Shown: positions 9,752-22,202, numbered from the stretch's first letter. The stretch: DNA of 64,000 nt from Aliishimia sp. (GCA_963678085.1 OY782680.1:2027406-2091405), one strand, 5' to 3'. Numbers and translations: made by a program. The notes: a model not told the origin generated them from the sequence alone.

Positions 9752-10372
9752 TCACATCTTTCGCGCAATGACAAAGCAGGCCTTTGTTGGCGATGGTTGC
9801 CATTCATAGAGGATGGAAAAATTATGCGATGTAATCGCGCTGAGTAAGTCGTCCTTTTTGAAAAAATGCACCGTTGATGGCGCGTAGCCAACAAGTCTCA
9901 TGAGCGGGACGACGGCGCGCAAATACCACATCTTATCGCCTAAACACATTGTGCTAGAGATGAATAAGCCGCCGGGTTTTAATTTGCTGGCGACCTCGCG
10001 AATGCCATCATGTACATCCTCAAGCAAATGCAGCACGCTCATCGCGAGCACTGCATCTTTGCTTTCATTGGCTATTTGCAAGCTCGAAAAATCGCTTACT
10101 TCAAAGCTGATATTATCAATATCGCTCTCTTTTGCTCTGCCCTTGGCAATATCAATCATGACCTCAGACATATCAGTTGCATGGTAATGATGGACAAATG
10201 GCGCGTGAGCAATCGCCGTCATCCCGGTCCCGCAGCCAATTTCAAGCACGTCCATGTCTTTGGTCAAATGCTCTTGCGTGGCCTGCAATTTCTTGTGGTA
10301 CGATTCGATATCCGAAATTTTTACCTTTGCGTAGCGCGGCGCGATCTTATCCCAGAATTTCTGATTGCTCAT
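9752..10372 (-). CDS. Class I SAM-dependent methyltransferase
   Basis: VLEIGCGTGMTA glycine-rich SAM motif. Start moved to MSNQKFW (10372), 8 nt after the guaA stop, instead of the overlapping ORF-track start at 10423. Confidence 0.8.
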   Translation of the reverse strand: MSNQKFWDKIAPRYAKVKISDIESYHKKLQATQEHLTKDMDVLEIGCGTGMTAIAHAPFVHHYHATDMSEVMIDIAKGRAKESDIDNISFEVSDFSSLQIANESKDAVLAMSVLHLLEDVHDGIREVASKLKPGGLFISSTMCLGDKMWYLRAVVPLMRLVGYAPSTVHFFKKDDLLSAITSHNFSILYEWQPSPTKACFVIARKM

Positions 10373-10379
10373 ACGGATT

Positions 10380-11951
10380 TCACTCCCACTCAATCGTTCC
10401 GGGGGGTTTGGAGGTGATGTCATAGGTCACGCGGTTAATGCCGGGCACTTCATTGATGATGCGGGTTGCGGTTTCTGATAGGAACGCGTGGCTGAACGGG
10501 TAATAATCGGCCGTCATCCCATCCACCGAGGTCACGGCCCGAAGCGCGCAGGCATAATCATAGGTGCGCCCATCGCCCATCACGCCGACCGTGCGCACGG
10601 GCAGGATCGCGCAAAAGGCCTGCCAGATCTCATCATAAAGCCCGTGTTTGCGGATTTGCTCGATATAGACCGCATCGGCCTGCCGCAAAATGTCCAGCTT
10701 AGCGCGGGTAATTTCACCGGGGCAGCGAATGGCCAAACCCGGCCCCGGAAACGGGTGACGCCCAATGAAAGTGGCGGGCAGGCCCAGCTCACGGCCCAAA
10801 GCGCGCACCTCGTCCTTAAAGAGCTCGCGTAGCGGTTCCACCAGCTTCAGCCCCATCTTTTCCGGCAATCCGCCGACATTATGATGCGATTTGATGGTGA
10901 CAGAGGGGCCGCCAGAAAAGCTCACGCTTTCAATCACATCGGGGTAGAGCGTGCCTTGGGCGAGAAATTCCGCCCCCTCAATCTGGTCGGCGTATTTTTG
11001 GAACACATCAATAAAGAGGCCACCGATGATCTTGCGCTTGGTTTCAGGATCCGATTGCCCATCCAGCGCGCCAAGGAATAGCTCGCTCTCATCGGCATGG
11101 ATCACATGCAGGTTCATATGATCGCGGAACATGGTGACGACTTCTGTCGCCTCATCCTTGCGCAAAAGGCCATGATCCACAAAAACGCAGGTGAGCTGAT
11201 CGCCGATCGCCTCATGGATAAGCGCCGCCGTGACCGAGCTATCAACCCCGCCCGAAAGCCCGCAAATCACCTTAGCCTCACCGACCTGGGCGCGAATGGC
11301 GGCGATGGCTTGGTCCTTATAACCAGCCATGGTCCAATCGCGCGCGAAACCAGCCAGAGTCACGAAGTTTTCAAATAGGGTGCTGCCGCCGGGCGTGTGA
11401 TGCACTTCGGGGTGAAATTGCACGGCGTAAAACTGGCGGGCAGGATCGCCGGTAATGGCATAGGGTGCGTTGGGCGAGGTGCCATAGACCTCAAAGCCAG
11501 GGGCCAGCTCTGCCACATGATCGCCGTGTGACATCCAAACTTGCTCATCGCCATTTGTAAACCACCCCTTGAGCAGCTGGGTTTCAGCGCTCGCGGTGAC
11601 ATAGGCGCGGCCAAATTCCGCAGTGCCGCCGCCACCGGAAATCTTGCCGCCTTTGATCTGTCCGCCCAGCTCATGCATCATGACCTGTTGACCATAACAG
11701 ATGCCAAGGATGGGAATACCAAGGCTATAAAGCCCCTCGGGTGTTCGGGGTGAGCCTTCCCGCGTGACACTATCAGGCCCGCCCGATAGGATCACCGCCT
11801 TGGGCGCGAGCTGCGTAAGTCGCTCTTTGGTGACGTTTTGATAGGGGTGGATTTCGCAATAGACATTCAACTCGCGCAGGCGCCGCGCAATAAGCTGCGT
11901 GACCTGTGAGCCAAAGTCGATGATGAGCAAGAGTTCTTCTGATCTGGACAT
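10380..11951 (-). CDS. guaA: GMP synthase (glutamine-hydrolysing)
   Basis: 523 aa. GATase-1 N-domain (ILGICYGQQ), ATP-PPase SGGVDSS motif, C-terminal ..PPGTIEWE. Confidence 0.97.
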   Translation of the reverse strand: MSRSEELLLIIDFGSQVTQLIARRLRELNVYCEIHPYQNVTKERLTQLAPKAVILSGGPDSVTREGSPRTPEGLYSLGIPILGICYGQQVMMHELGGQIKGGKISGGGGTAEFGRAYVTASAETQLLKGWFTNGDEQVWMSHGDHVAELAPGFEVYGTSPNAPYAITGDPARQFYAVQFHPEVHHTPGGSTLFENFVTLAGFARDWTMAGYKDQAIAAIRAQVGEAKVICGLSGGVDSSVTAALIHEAIGDQLTCVFVDHGLLRKDEATEVVTMFRDHMNLHVIHADESELFLGALDGQSDPETKRKIIGGLFIDVFQKYADQIEGAEFLAQGTLYPDVIESVSFSGGPSVTIKSHHNVGGLPEKMGLKLVEPLRELFKDEVRALGRELGLPATFIGRHPFPGPGLAIRCPGEITRAKLDILRQADAVYIEQIRKHGLYDEIWQAFCAILPVRTVGVMGDGRTYDYACALRAVTSVDGMTADYYPFSHAFLSETATRIINEVPGINRVTYDITSKPPGTIEWE

Positions 11952-12024
11952 GCGCCCCCATAAAGCGGGCTGGCGCGTATCGCAAGGTGGTTCAGATTTT
12001 CACGCAGAGGGCAATCAGCAACGG

Positions 12025-12424
12025 GCACGCCAAAAAGCCCCGCGTGGCTCAATTCCACCGGAGTTGCACATATATAAAGGAAGATTAGCATTCGGACAGG
12101 GAACGGGCCCGTCAGACATCGATGAACACTGCGTGTCAATAGCAGTGAACCGGTGGTTGCTCATCATTTTCCTATCCGCGCCATCGTGACGAAAGAGATC
12201 TTAGTAGGTGCCACTACACCCGTGCTCCAGCCACATTGACAGCGCGCGTCTTAGAAGCTTCGTGCGAGGAGTTCTACGCGGGATTGGTTAAGATTGCGTG
12301 AGGGGAGCGTGCGGTGGCACCTGGAAACGCAGTCCAGCGCCGTGGGGGTTTTGCACCCCCACACCCCCGCCCCGTATCAAATAAGGTATTTTTAGCCAAA
12401 TGAAGGGGGCGCGCCGGGTTGAGG
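12025..12424. repeat. Copy 1 of a ~380-400 nt non-coding repeat (direct copy of 57481-57860)
   Basis: By direct base comparison 12071-12169 equals 57527-57625 (99 nt) and 12225-12305 equals 57680-57760 (81 nt). No frame is open in both copies. Lies between divergent guaA and pepP. Confidence 0.9.
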
Positions 12425-12534
12425 CTTGGGCAAGATCTGTCTTGGTTGTGCTTTGCTACAGCTTATTGAAAACCCAATTGCTCGCCTGAGCGCAGCCGCC
12501 TATGTTCGGGAAAGATGAACTCTTGGGAGGCATT

Positions 12535-14328
12535 ATGTTTCAAAACTTTGAGGTGACAGCGCGGCCAGAGCAGGGCCCGCCCCGGTTGGCGCAGCTGCGC
12601 GCGCTTATGCAGGCCGAGGGTTTGGCTGGGTTTTTGGTGCCACGCGCCGATGCGCATCAGGGGGAATATGTGGCCCCGCGCGATGACCGGCTGGCTTGGC
12701 TGACCGGATTTACTGGCTCTGCGGGATTTTGCGCTGCACTGCTGGAAGTGGCCGGGGTGTTTGTGGATGGGCGCTATCGCACGCAGGTCAAATCGCAGGT
12801 GGATTTAGCCCATTTCACGCCTCAGGATTCGCTCAATACCCCGCTTGGTACCTGGCTGAAAGAGCAGCTGCCCGAGGGCGGCAAGATCGGCTTTGATCCC
12901 TGGCTTTATACCACGGGCCAGATGGAGACCTTGATAGGCGAACTTGACGGCAGCGCGATTGAGCTTGAGCCTTGCGCCAACCTCATTGACCAGATCTGGC
13001 CCGATCAACCGCCCGCGCCGGATGCACCTGTAAGCGCGCATCCCATAGAATTTGCGGGGCAGAGCCATGCATCAAAGCGAGATCAATTGGGGAAAGGTCT
13101 TGCAAAATCAGGTCACTCTGCAGCGATCCTCACCTTACCTGATAGCATTTGCTGGTTGCTCAATATTCGCGGCGCAGATATTCCGTGCAACCCTGTGTGC
13201 CATGCCTTTGCGATCCTGCATGCAAGCGGGGCGGTGGATTTGTTTATCGAGCCGAGCAAGCTTGTCGATCTGGGGGATCATCTGGGGCCAGAGGTCGCGA
13301 TCCATGCCCCAAGTGGCTTTATGGAGGCTGTCGCCGCGCTAGAGGGCAAGGTTCTGGTTGATAAACAGAGCATTCCGGTGCTGATCACAGGGGTCTTGGG
13401 CGAGCGGGCCGTGCTTGGGCAAGACCCTTGTGCGCTGCCCAAAGCGTGCAAGAATAGTGCCGAGATTGAGGGCGCGGTGCAGGCGCATCTGCGCGATGGG
13501 GCGGCGATTGTGGAGCTGTTGGCCTGGCTGGATGCGCAAGCCCCTGGAAGTCTTACCGAGATTGATGTGGTCAAGCGGCTTGAGGCGTTCCGCCGGCAAG
13601 ATAACAAGCTGCGCAATATTTCTTTTGAGACCATTTCGGGCACTGGGCCAAATGGCGCGATCATGCATTACCGGGTGAGCGAAGAGAGCAATGCAACGCT
13701 AGAGGAGGGACATTTGTTGGTACTGGATTCCGGTGGGCAATATCTGGATGGCACCACCGATATCACCCGCACCATTGCGATTGGCAGCCCTGGCGAGGAA
13801 GAGCGCGCCTGTTTTACCCGTGTGTTGCAAGGCATGATTGGGATGTCGCGGCTGCGCTGGCCCAAGGGGCTGGGCGGGGCGCATATTGAAATGCTCGGGC
13901 GCTTGCCACTTTGGATGGCCGGGCAGGATTTTGATCATGGGCTTGGGCACGGGGTTGGGGCTTATCTGAGTGTACATGAGGGGCCGCAGCGGCTGAGCCG
14001 GGCCTCAACCCTGCCTTTGCAACCGGGTATGATCCTGTCGAACGAGCCAGGCTATTACCGTGAGGGGGCCTTTGGCATTCGCATCGAAAACCTGCTGGTG
14101 GTGAAAGAGGCAGAGGCTCTGGCGGGCGGTGATGATCATCGCGATATGCTGGATTGGCAGACGCTTACCCTGGCCCCGATTGACCGGCGTTTGATTGTGC
14201 CAGAAATTCTAAGCCCTGAAGAGCGCGCTTGGCTCAATGCCTATCATGGCGAGGTGCAGGCGAAACTCTCCGGGCTTGTCTCAGAGGGTGCTGCCCGCTG
14301 GCTTGCCAAGGCCTGTGCGCCTCTTTAG
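12535..14328 (+). CDS. pepP: Xaa-Pro aminopeptidase (M24B, aminopeptidase P family)
   Basis: M24 metal-ligand motifs (DSGGQY.., HGLGHGVG, SNEPGYY, IRIENL). ATG at 12535 follows GGGAGG. The ORF-track start is 12502. Confidence 0.85.
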   Translation: MFQNFEVTARPEQGPPRLAQLRALMQAEGLAGFLVPRADAHQGEYVAPRDDRLAWLTGFTGSAGFCAALLEVAGVFVDGRYRTQVKSQVDLAHFTPQDSLNTPLGTWLKEQLPEGGKIGFDPWLYTTGQMETLIGELDGSAIELEPCANLIDQIWPDQPPAPDAPVSAHPIEFAGQSHASKRDQLGKGLAKSGHSAAILTLPDSICWLLNIRGADIPCNPVCHAFAILHASGAVDLFIEPSKLVDLGDHLGPEVAIHAPSGFMEAVAALEGKVLVDKQSIPVLITGVLGERAVLGQDPCALPKACKNSAEIEGAVQAHLRDGAAIVELLAWLDAQAPGSLTEIDVVKRLEAFRRQDNKLRNISFETISGTGPNGAIMHYRVSEESNATLEEGHLLVLDSGGQYLDGTTDITRTIAIGSPGEEERACFTRVLQGMIGMSRLRWPKGLGGAHIEMLGRLPLWMAGQDFDHGLGHGVGAYLSVHEGPQRLSRASTLPLQPGMILSNEPGYYREGAFGIRIENLLVVKEAEALAGGDDHRDMLDWQTLTLAPIDRRLIVPEILSPEERAWLNAYHGEVQAKLSGLVSEGAARWLAKACAPL

Positions 14329-14381
14329 AGTGTCACGCTCAGGTTACAAGGCGCCTTCAAAAGCAGGGCGTAAAGAGGAGG

Positions 14382-14732
14382 ATGGCTATGGCAAATCACA
14401 TCACAATTTCCCCCGCGCAAGGGACATGGACGGTGCGCGCAGGCGGCGCGGTATTGGGCGAAAGCAAGCGCGCGCTTGAGCTGAGCGAAGGCGATTATGC
14501 GCCAGTGATTTATTTTCCGCGCGAAGATATCGCCATGCCATTCCTGGATCGCAGCGAGAAAAGCACAAATTGCCCCCATAAGGGCGATGCCAGCTATTTC
14601 TCGGTTGTGACCAAATCGCAAACATTAGCGGATTCGGTTTGGAGCTATGAGAGCCCGCTAGAAAGCGTGTCAAAGATCGCCGGTCATGTGGCGTTTTACA
14701 CGGGCGCTGGAATCACGGTGGAAAAGATCTAA
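14382..14732 (+). CDS. DUF427 domain protein
   Basis: ~116 aa from MAMANHITISP.., preceded by GAGGAGG. Pattern ..YFPREDI..CPHKGDASYF..AFY is typical of DUF427. Confidence 0.7.
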   Translation: MAMANHITISPAQGTWTVRAGGAVLGESKRALELSEGDYAPVIYFPREDIAMPFLDRSEKSTNCPHKGDASYFSVVTKSQTLADSVWSYESPLESVSKIAGHVAFYTGAGITVEKI

Positions 14733-14853
14733 TTGCTGCGGGGGGCTGGTGCGTTCGCCAAACGGCAAAAGCGCGCAGCCCCAATAAACCGGGCAAGCTA
14801 ACGCACTGCATCAACAAAGATCCGCAAGGGATTGAAGTTTCGGTGAAATCTTA

Positions 14854-14930
14854 TGGTACCGCCTCCCTGGCTTGAACAGGGGACCTCTGGATCCACAATC
14901 CAGCGCTCTAACCAACTGAGCTAAGGCGGC
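14854..14930 (-). tRNA. tRNA-His (anticodon GUG), no encoded G-1
   Basis: Hand-folded cloverleaf: acceptor GCCGCCU/AGGCGGU (G1-U72), D arm GCUC/GAGC, anticodon arm CUGGA-UUGUGGA-UCCAG, T arm CCCUG-UUCAAGC-CAGGG, A73, encoded CCA. 77 nt. Confidence 0.9.
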
Positions 14931-15187
14931 ACCGTGGGGCGGGGTATAACAACCATTCCCGGCCAGTTGCAATTCCAAAAATGAAAAAATTATAGGGTCA
15001 ATCTTAGGGTCGATTGATCATGATTGACGCGCGTACCATATCTTTTCTTGACATCTCCTATGTAGTGTTCTACCCGGCAAGCTCACTCAGTTTGCTGAGC
15101 GAAAACACGCAAGAAAGCGCGCTGTTGTCAGGTAATAAACGCCTTATCATAGGGGCCTGTTGACGCGGAAGATGTAAAGGAGACAAC

Positions 15188-15790
15188 ATGTTCGCAGTCC
15201 TGAAAACGGGCGGCAAGCAGTATAAAGTTTCAGCCGGGGACAAGCTCCGCGTTGAGAAAATTACTGCCGAGGCCGGTGAGACCGTTCAATTCAACGAAAT
15301 TCTGATGCTTGGCGGGGAAACCGTGCAAGTTGGCGCACCCTTTATTGAAGGTGCTGCAGTCACGGCGCAGGTGGTTGACCAGATCAAAGGCGAAAAGGTC
15401 ATTAACTTTGTTAAACGCCGCCGTAAGCATTCCTCCAAGCGCACCAAGGGCCATCGTCAACAGCTAACCGTTGTCGAAATCAAAGAGATTTTGGCATCTG
15501 GCGCAGTGGTCAGCGCAGCTCCAGCGGTTGAGGCACCTGCAGGTTCCAAGCCCGCCAACCTTTTGAGCGAGGCGCGCGATGGTCAGCCCGATGATCTCAA
15601 GCGGATCTCTGGCGTTGGCCCCAAGCTCGAAGGCCTGCTGCACGAAAACGGTGTGTTCCACTTCGATCAAATCGCAGCATGGACGCCCGAAGAAATCGCC
15701 TATATGGATGATCAACTGTCCTTTAAAGGGCGCATTGAACGCGACGATTGGCTGGCGCAAGCCGCCGAGTTTGCAAACGAACAGGAGTAA
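15188..15790 (+). CDS. rplU: 50S ribosomal protein L21 with ~95-aa C-terminal extension
   Basis: N-terminal [19 protein letters not shown] is canonical L21 (~103 aa). It continues in frame through an Ala/Pro linker into ..[30 protein letters not shown]... Confidence 0.9.
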   Translation: MFAVLKTGGKQYKVSAGDKLRVEKITAEAGETVQFNEILMLGGETVQVGAPFIEGAAVTAQVVDQIKGEKVINFVKRRRKHSSKRTKGHRQQLTVVEIKEILASGAVVSAAPAVEAPAGSKPANLLSEARDGQPDDLKRISGVGPKLEGLLHENGVFHFDQIAAWTPEEIAYMDDQLSFKGRIERDDWLAQAAEFANEQE

Positions 15791-15796
15791 TCCCCC

Positions 15797-16066
15797 ATGG
15801 CACATAAAAAAGCAGGTGGTTCATCCCGGAACGGTCGCGACTCCGCTGGTCGGCGCTTGGGCGTAAAGCTTTATGGTGGTCAAGCGGCCATCCCAGGCAA
15901 TATCATTGTGCGTCAGCGCGGCACGAAATTCTGGCCAGGCCAGGGTGTTGGCATGGGCAAAGACCACACGATCTTTGCGACCCAAGAGGGTGCCGTGACT
16001 TTCCATAAGGGTCTTAAGGGTCGAACCTTTATTTCCGTTCTTCCGGTCGCGGAGGCCGCTGAATAA
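15797..16066 (+). CDS. rpmA: 50S ribosomal protein L27
   Basis: [24 protein letters not shown].. is canonical L27. Confidence 0.97.
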   Translation: MAHKKAGGSSRNGRDSAGRRLGVKLYGGQAAIPGNIIVRQRGTKFWPGQGVGMGKDHTIFATQEGAVTFHKGLKGRTFISVLPVAEAAE

Positions 16067-16102
16067 GCCGAACACGCAGATAAATTCATAGAATTTCGCG
16101 AA

Positions 16103-16130
16103 GGGTCGGCAGAAATGCCGGCCCTTTTGC
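16103..16130 (+). terminator. Rho-independent terminator after rplU-rpmA
   Basis: GGGTCGGC-agaaat-GCCGGCCC (8 bp, one G-U) followed by TTTTGCGTT. Confidence 0.7.
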
Positions 16131-16154
16131 GTTCCCGATGTGGAGAGACCCGAT

Positions 16155-16691
16155 ATGACCAAGCCAGTTTTGAACAGCGACCGCCTGACCCTGCGCGATG
16201 CGGTTGAGGCGGATATCGAGGCACGCTTTGCCCTTGGCAATGACCCGCAAATCCAAGCCCTGCTCGGCGCGGATCCCAAACAGGTGCGCCCGCTCACCAG
16301 GGATGCTGCCGCGGCTTGGGTTGCCTCTATTCAAAATGACGCCACCGCTTGGGTGATTGAGGCAGATCTTGGCCTGATCGGCTCTATCCGGCTGCACTCC
16401 ATGAATCACATGGATAAGCGCGCAAATGTCGCCATCGGGATTCTGGCCGCAACAGCTGCGGGGCAGGGGCTTGGATCGGATGCGCTGCGCCTGCTCGCCC
16501 GTCACAGTTTTGAAACCCTTGGCCTGCACCGCCTCTCTGCGCGGATTTTGGCCGATAATGCGGGCGCGCTTTCCGCTTATAACAAGGTCGGATTTATTGA
16601 GGAGGGGCGCGAGCGGGAAAGCGCATTGGTCGGGGATCACTGGCAAGATGACGTCATTCTTGGCCTTTTGCAAAGGGATCTCAGGTTATGA
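16155..16691 (+). CDS. GNAT family N-acetyltransferase
   Basis: RimJ/RimL-like pattern (LTLRD.., ..GQGLGS.., ..N..A...Y.K.GF). ATG at 16155 is preceded by GGAGAG. The ORF-track GTG start is 16140. Confidence 0.75.
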   Translation: MTKPVLNSDRLTLRDAVEADIEARFALGNDPQIQALLGADPKQVRPLTRDAAAAWVASIQNDATAWVIEADLGLIGSIRLHSMNHMDKRANVAIGILAATAAGQGLGSDALRLLARHSFETLGLHRLSARILADNAGALSAYNKVGFIEEGRERESALVGDHWQDDVILGLLQRDLRL

Positions 16692-17278
16692 GCATCGCTC
16701 TGGCCCAGCTTTCGATCTTTATCGTCAGCCAAGTGGGCACCCCTGGACCTGCCAATATGGCGCTGATGGCCACTGGCGCGCGCTATGGCTTTAAGGCTGC
16801 GCTGCCGTTCATATGCGGCGTGACTTTGGGCAAGCAGCTTTTGGTGTGGCCCCTGGGGCTTGGGCTGTTGCAAATCGCTCAAAGCGCGCCTTTGGTCTTT
16901 GCGATTTTGAAATACGCCTCAGCGGCTTACGTGATCTGGCTGGCGTGGAAGGTTGCAAATCTGCGCCTCTCCTCCAAGCCGGGGGATCAAACCGCACCAG
17001 GCTTTGCGCATGGGCTTTGGGTGCATCCGCTGAACCCAAAAGCCTGGGGCATGATTACCGCAAGTTTTACGAATTTTGTGCCCCAAGACATGCCAGCGAT
17101 TAACGCCACAGCAACGGTTGCTGCGGTACTCTTCCTGTGTCAGTCCGTTTTGCATCCGGTTTGGACCTATGGTGGATCTACCCTGTCGCGGTTTGTTGCC
17201 GGCACGAAATTAGAACCTTACTTGATGTTGTCGCTTGCGGCTGCAACTGTAGGTTCTGTGCTTCTGGTTATTTGGTAA
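16688..17278 (+). CDS. LysE/RhtB family amino-acid exporter
   Basis: 196 aa, about 6 hydrophobic helices, N-terminal ..TPGPANM.. motif. ATGA overlap with the preceding GNAT. Confidence 0.8.
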   Translation: MSIALAQLSIFIVSQVGTPGPANMALMATGARYGFKAALPFICGVTLGKQLLVWPLGLGLLQIAQSAPLVFAILKYASAAYVIWLAWKVANLRLSSKPGDQTAPGFAHGLWVHPLNPKAWGMITASFTNFVPQDMPAINATATVAAVLFLCQSVLHPVWTYGGSTLSRFVAGTKLEPYLMLSLAAATVGSVLLVIW

Positions 17279-17289
17279 AGGAATTGACG

Positions 17290-17835
17290 ATGCAGCATAC
17301 AGTCATTCAAAACCAGCCCTCGATCAAAGCGGATGGGTTCTATCTGCGCCCGCTTATTCGCTCGGATATGGGCGACATATCTCTTTACGCCGGGGATGCG
17401 CGCGTGGCGAACATGACCAGCTCGATTCCGCACCCTCTGCCCCCCGGCGCGATTGAGGCGTTCTTGGACCGCGCCATTGATCCCAACCGGGTCGAGGATA
17501 TTTGGGCCCTAGATGCCTCCGACTCCGGGGGCGCGTCCCTAATGGGGCTGATCTCGCTCAAACGATTGGAGCGGGAGCAATCAGAAATCGGCTATTGGAT
17601 CGCGCCGCATTTTTGGGATAAGGGGCTCGCCTCAAGCGCCGTGAATGCAATCGTTGCCGAGAATCCGATGCAGAATAAAACGATGTTTGCTGCCGTGTTC
17701 CAGGACAATCCCGCCTCCGCCAAGGTGCTGACCCAAGCCGGTTTTGACTATATTGGCGATGCGGAAACCTTTAGCGTCGCGCGCGATACGGTTGTGCCCA
17801 CCTGGACCTATTTGCGCAGCTTTCCGGCCGAATAA
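17290..17835 (+). CDS. GNAT family N-acetyltransferase
   Basis: 181 aa from MQHTVIQNQ.. GNAT core (EIGYWIAPHFWDKGLAS.. , ..N.AS..VL...GF). Confidence 0.75.
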   Translation: MQHTVIQNQPSIKADGFYLRPLIRSDMGDISLYAGDARVANMTSSIPHPLPPGAIEAFLDRAIDPNRVEDIWALDASDSGGASLMGLISLKRLEREQSEIGYWIAPHFWDKGLASSAVNAIVAENPMQNKTMFAAVFQDNPASAKVLTQAGFDYIGDAETFSVARDTVVPTWTYLRSFPAE

Positions 17836-17853
17836 AACACCGCCCAGACTTGA

Positions 17854-20018
<2,165 letters not shown>

Positions 20019-20027
20019 GGGGATAGA

Positions 20028-21278
20028 ATGGCGAATAGTGATGACATCAAGAATGTAATGCAAAATATTGGGAATGCAGCAAAATCCGCGTCCCATGAAC
20101 TTGCTTTTGCGACGGCAGAGCGCAAACATGCAGCATTGATTTCCGCCGCCGAGGCCCTATGGCGCAATCGTGAAGCAATTTTGCAAGCCAATGCTCAAGA
20201 TCTTGAGTATGGCCGCGAAAAAGGCCTGAGTCCCGCTATGATGGACCGGCTTGCTTTGGACGAGGACCGCATTCGCAGCATGATTGACGGGCTACGCAGT
20301 GTCGCGGATCAGCCCGATCCCGTTGGCGCGGTGATTGAGGAATGGGACCGCCCAAGCGGGTTGCATATCCAACGGGTGCGCACACCGCTTGGCGTTGTGG
20401 GCGTGATCTATGAAAGCCGCCCTAATGTGACAGCTGATGCCGGTGCGCTTTGCCTGAAAGCGGGAAATGCCGTTATTTTGCGGGGAGGTTCTGAGAGTTT
20501 TCACTCATCGAGCGCCATTCATCAGTGCTTGATTCAAGGGCTCAAAGATGCCGCATTGCCTGAGGCCGCAATTCAGCTTGTGCCCACGCGCGACCGGGCA
20601 GCGGTAAGCGAAATGCTCACGATGGTGGATCATATTGATGTGATTGTGCCACGCGGGGGCAAAGGGCTTGTGGGGCTGGTACAGCGTGAGGCCCGCGTGC
20701 CGGTTTTCGCGCATCTTGAAGGGATCGTGCATATCTATATCGACAAGGACGCGGATGCGCAAAAGACCATGGATGTGGTGCTAAATGCCAAAACGCGCCG
20801 CACCGGGATTTGCGGATCTGCGGAATGCCTGTTGATACATGAAGAAGCTAAGGAGCTCGGCCAAGCCGTTGTAGATATGCTAAAATCCGCAGGTGTAGAG
20901 GTGGCTGCAACGGGGCTTGAGGGCTCTCGCGCGGCAAGCTCTGAGGATTGGGGCAAAGAATATTTGGATATGAAAATCGCGGCGAAAACCGTGCCCAATA
21001 TCGACGCGGCGATTGCGCATATTCGGGAATTTGGCTCGGATCACACCGATTGCATTTTGACTGAGAGCGCAGCGGCTGCGCAGCATTTCTTTTCACGGCT
21101 CGATAGCGCGATATTGATGCATAATGCATCCACCCAGTTTGCGGATGGTGGGGAGTTCGGCATGGGCGCTGAAATCGGAATTGCTACAGGAAAGATGCAC
21201 GCGCGCGGCCCTGTTGGGGCCACACAGTTGACCAGTTTCAAATACCTTGTCAGAGGCAACGGAACGATACGCGATTGA
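20028..21278 (+). CDS. proA: Gamma-glutamyl phosphate reductase
   Basis: 416 aa aldehyde-dehydrogenase-like ([10 protein letters not shown].., ..[13 protein letters not shown]..). Confidence 0.95.
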   Translation: MANSDDIKNVMQNIGNAAKSASHELAFATAERKHAALISAAEALWRNREAILQANAQDLEYGREKGLSPAMMDRLALDEDRIRSMIDGLRSVADQPDPVGAVIEEWDRPSGLHIQRVRTPLGVVGVIYESRPNVTADAGALCLKAGNAVILRGGSESFHSSSAIHQCLIQGLKDAALPEAAIQLVPTRDRAAVSEMLTMVDHIDVIVPRGGKGLVGLVQREARVPVFAHLEGIVHIYIDKDADAQKTMDVVLNAKTRRTGICGSAECLLIHEEAKELGQAVVDMLKSAGVEVAATGLEGSRAASSEDWGKEYLDMKIAAKTVPNIDAAIAHIREFGSDHTDCILTESAAAAQHFFSRLDSAILMHNASTQFADGGEFGMGAEIGIATGKMHARGPVGATQLTSFKYLVRGNGTIRD

Positions 21279-21884
21279 TTAAGCGGTGATGCGAATGGCG
21301 ATATCTGTCTCTGATTGCATCACCTTGATCACTTTGCCCATGTCCTTGCAGTGCTTGGCCAAGAGCGGGAACTGAACCAATGCTGGAACAATTTCAGCGA
21401 GGTTTGCATTGATCTCCAGAGCATGAAAAAGATATGATATATCTTTGAATTTGCTGGATTCTGCGGCAATCACCCATTGCCCGTCTTCAAACAATATCGT
21501 GATTTGCCCGCCATAGGGCATCGCCGCCTCCAGGCAAAGCTGGGCGAGGAAGGCCATGCGAACATCCGCGCGAGACGCGCCCTCTTGCGGTTGCCACTGC
21601 ACGTCGAATTTGGAGTTTTCCGTGAGGGCTTTCAGGATATCGCGGATTTCCGGGCTTGAAATGCCTTGATCGGTGGCCGCGCCAAAGGCGAGCCGAAAGA
21701 AGCGGATACGCGCCGATGCATTGCTGACGCTTTCATGAATGAGCGCGACCTCTGGCCCACTGCTGGCGGCTGCGGTCATCGAGAGCAGTTCTAATCCGTT
21801 ATTGATCGCGCCGATCGGCGAAATGAGATCGTGGCAAATGCGGCTACCAATCAATGCGGCGAGGTCTGTTTGGGATGTGTTCAT
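21279..21884 (-). CDS. chpT: Histidine phosphotransferase ChpT
   Basis: 201 aa from MNTSQTDLAALIGSRICHDLISPIGAINNGLELL, the ChpT-type HisKA-like H-box. Lacks the G1/G2 ATP-binding motifs. The upstream 46 codons of the ORF were discarded. Confidence 0.7.
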   Translation of the reverse strand: MNTSQTDLAALIGSRICHDLISPIGAINNGLELLSMTAAASSGPEVALIHESVSNASARIRFFRLAFGAATDQGISSPEIRDILKALTENSKFDVQWQPQEGASRADVRMAFLAQLCLEAAMPYGGQITILFEDGQWVIAAESSKFKDISYLFHALEINANLAEIVPALVQFPLLAKHCKDMGKVIKVMQSETDIAIRITA

Positions 21885-22202
21885 AATATTTTGCCCGATC
21901 TTATAGTTAATATGTTGTTTCTTGCCTGATCGGCCGCCTGCCATGCCTCCGGGGATTGGGTGCAGGCTCAATGGTTCCGCTGACAAGGTTACGAAATACT
22001 TCCCGAATTGCGAGAATTTCAACTACCGATACGCGCATCTCACACTTACACCTGCATTTGAATATCGAAAATGGTTAACAAAAGGTTAACGCGATGAGGC
22101 GGGTTTTAACGCGGCGAAGGCATCTTGTTGCGTTACCTAGCTAATTTTCTTAAGCACGGGCACGAATTCGGGGCTCATTTATTTTTGGGAGTGCCTTTGC
22201 GC

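Noticed and set aside
12064-12091. Sigma70-like TTGCAC-N16-TAGCAT inside repeat copy 1 as promoter of an sRNA
   Set aside because: In copy 2 the equivalent spacing is 14 nt because of a 2-nt indel, so the promoter geometry is not conserved. I keep it only as a weak possibility.
11867-12139. Small ORFs sharing MTRSVHRCLTGPFPVRMLIFLYIC in both repeat copies (also 57404-57595); considered as a type I toxin-like peptide
   Set aside because: They start at TTG with no SD. The identity simply reflects the identical DNA block, and the two diverge completely after 24 aa. There is no proper TM-length hydrophobic segment.
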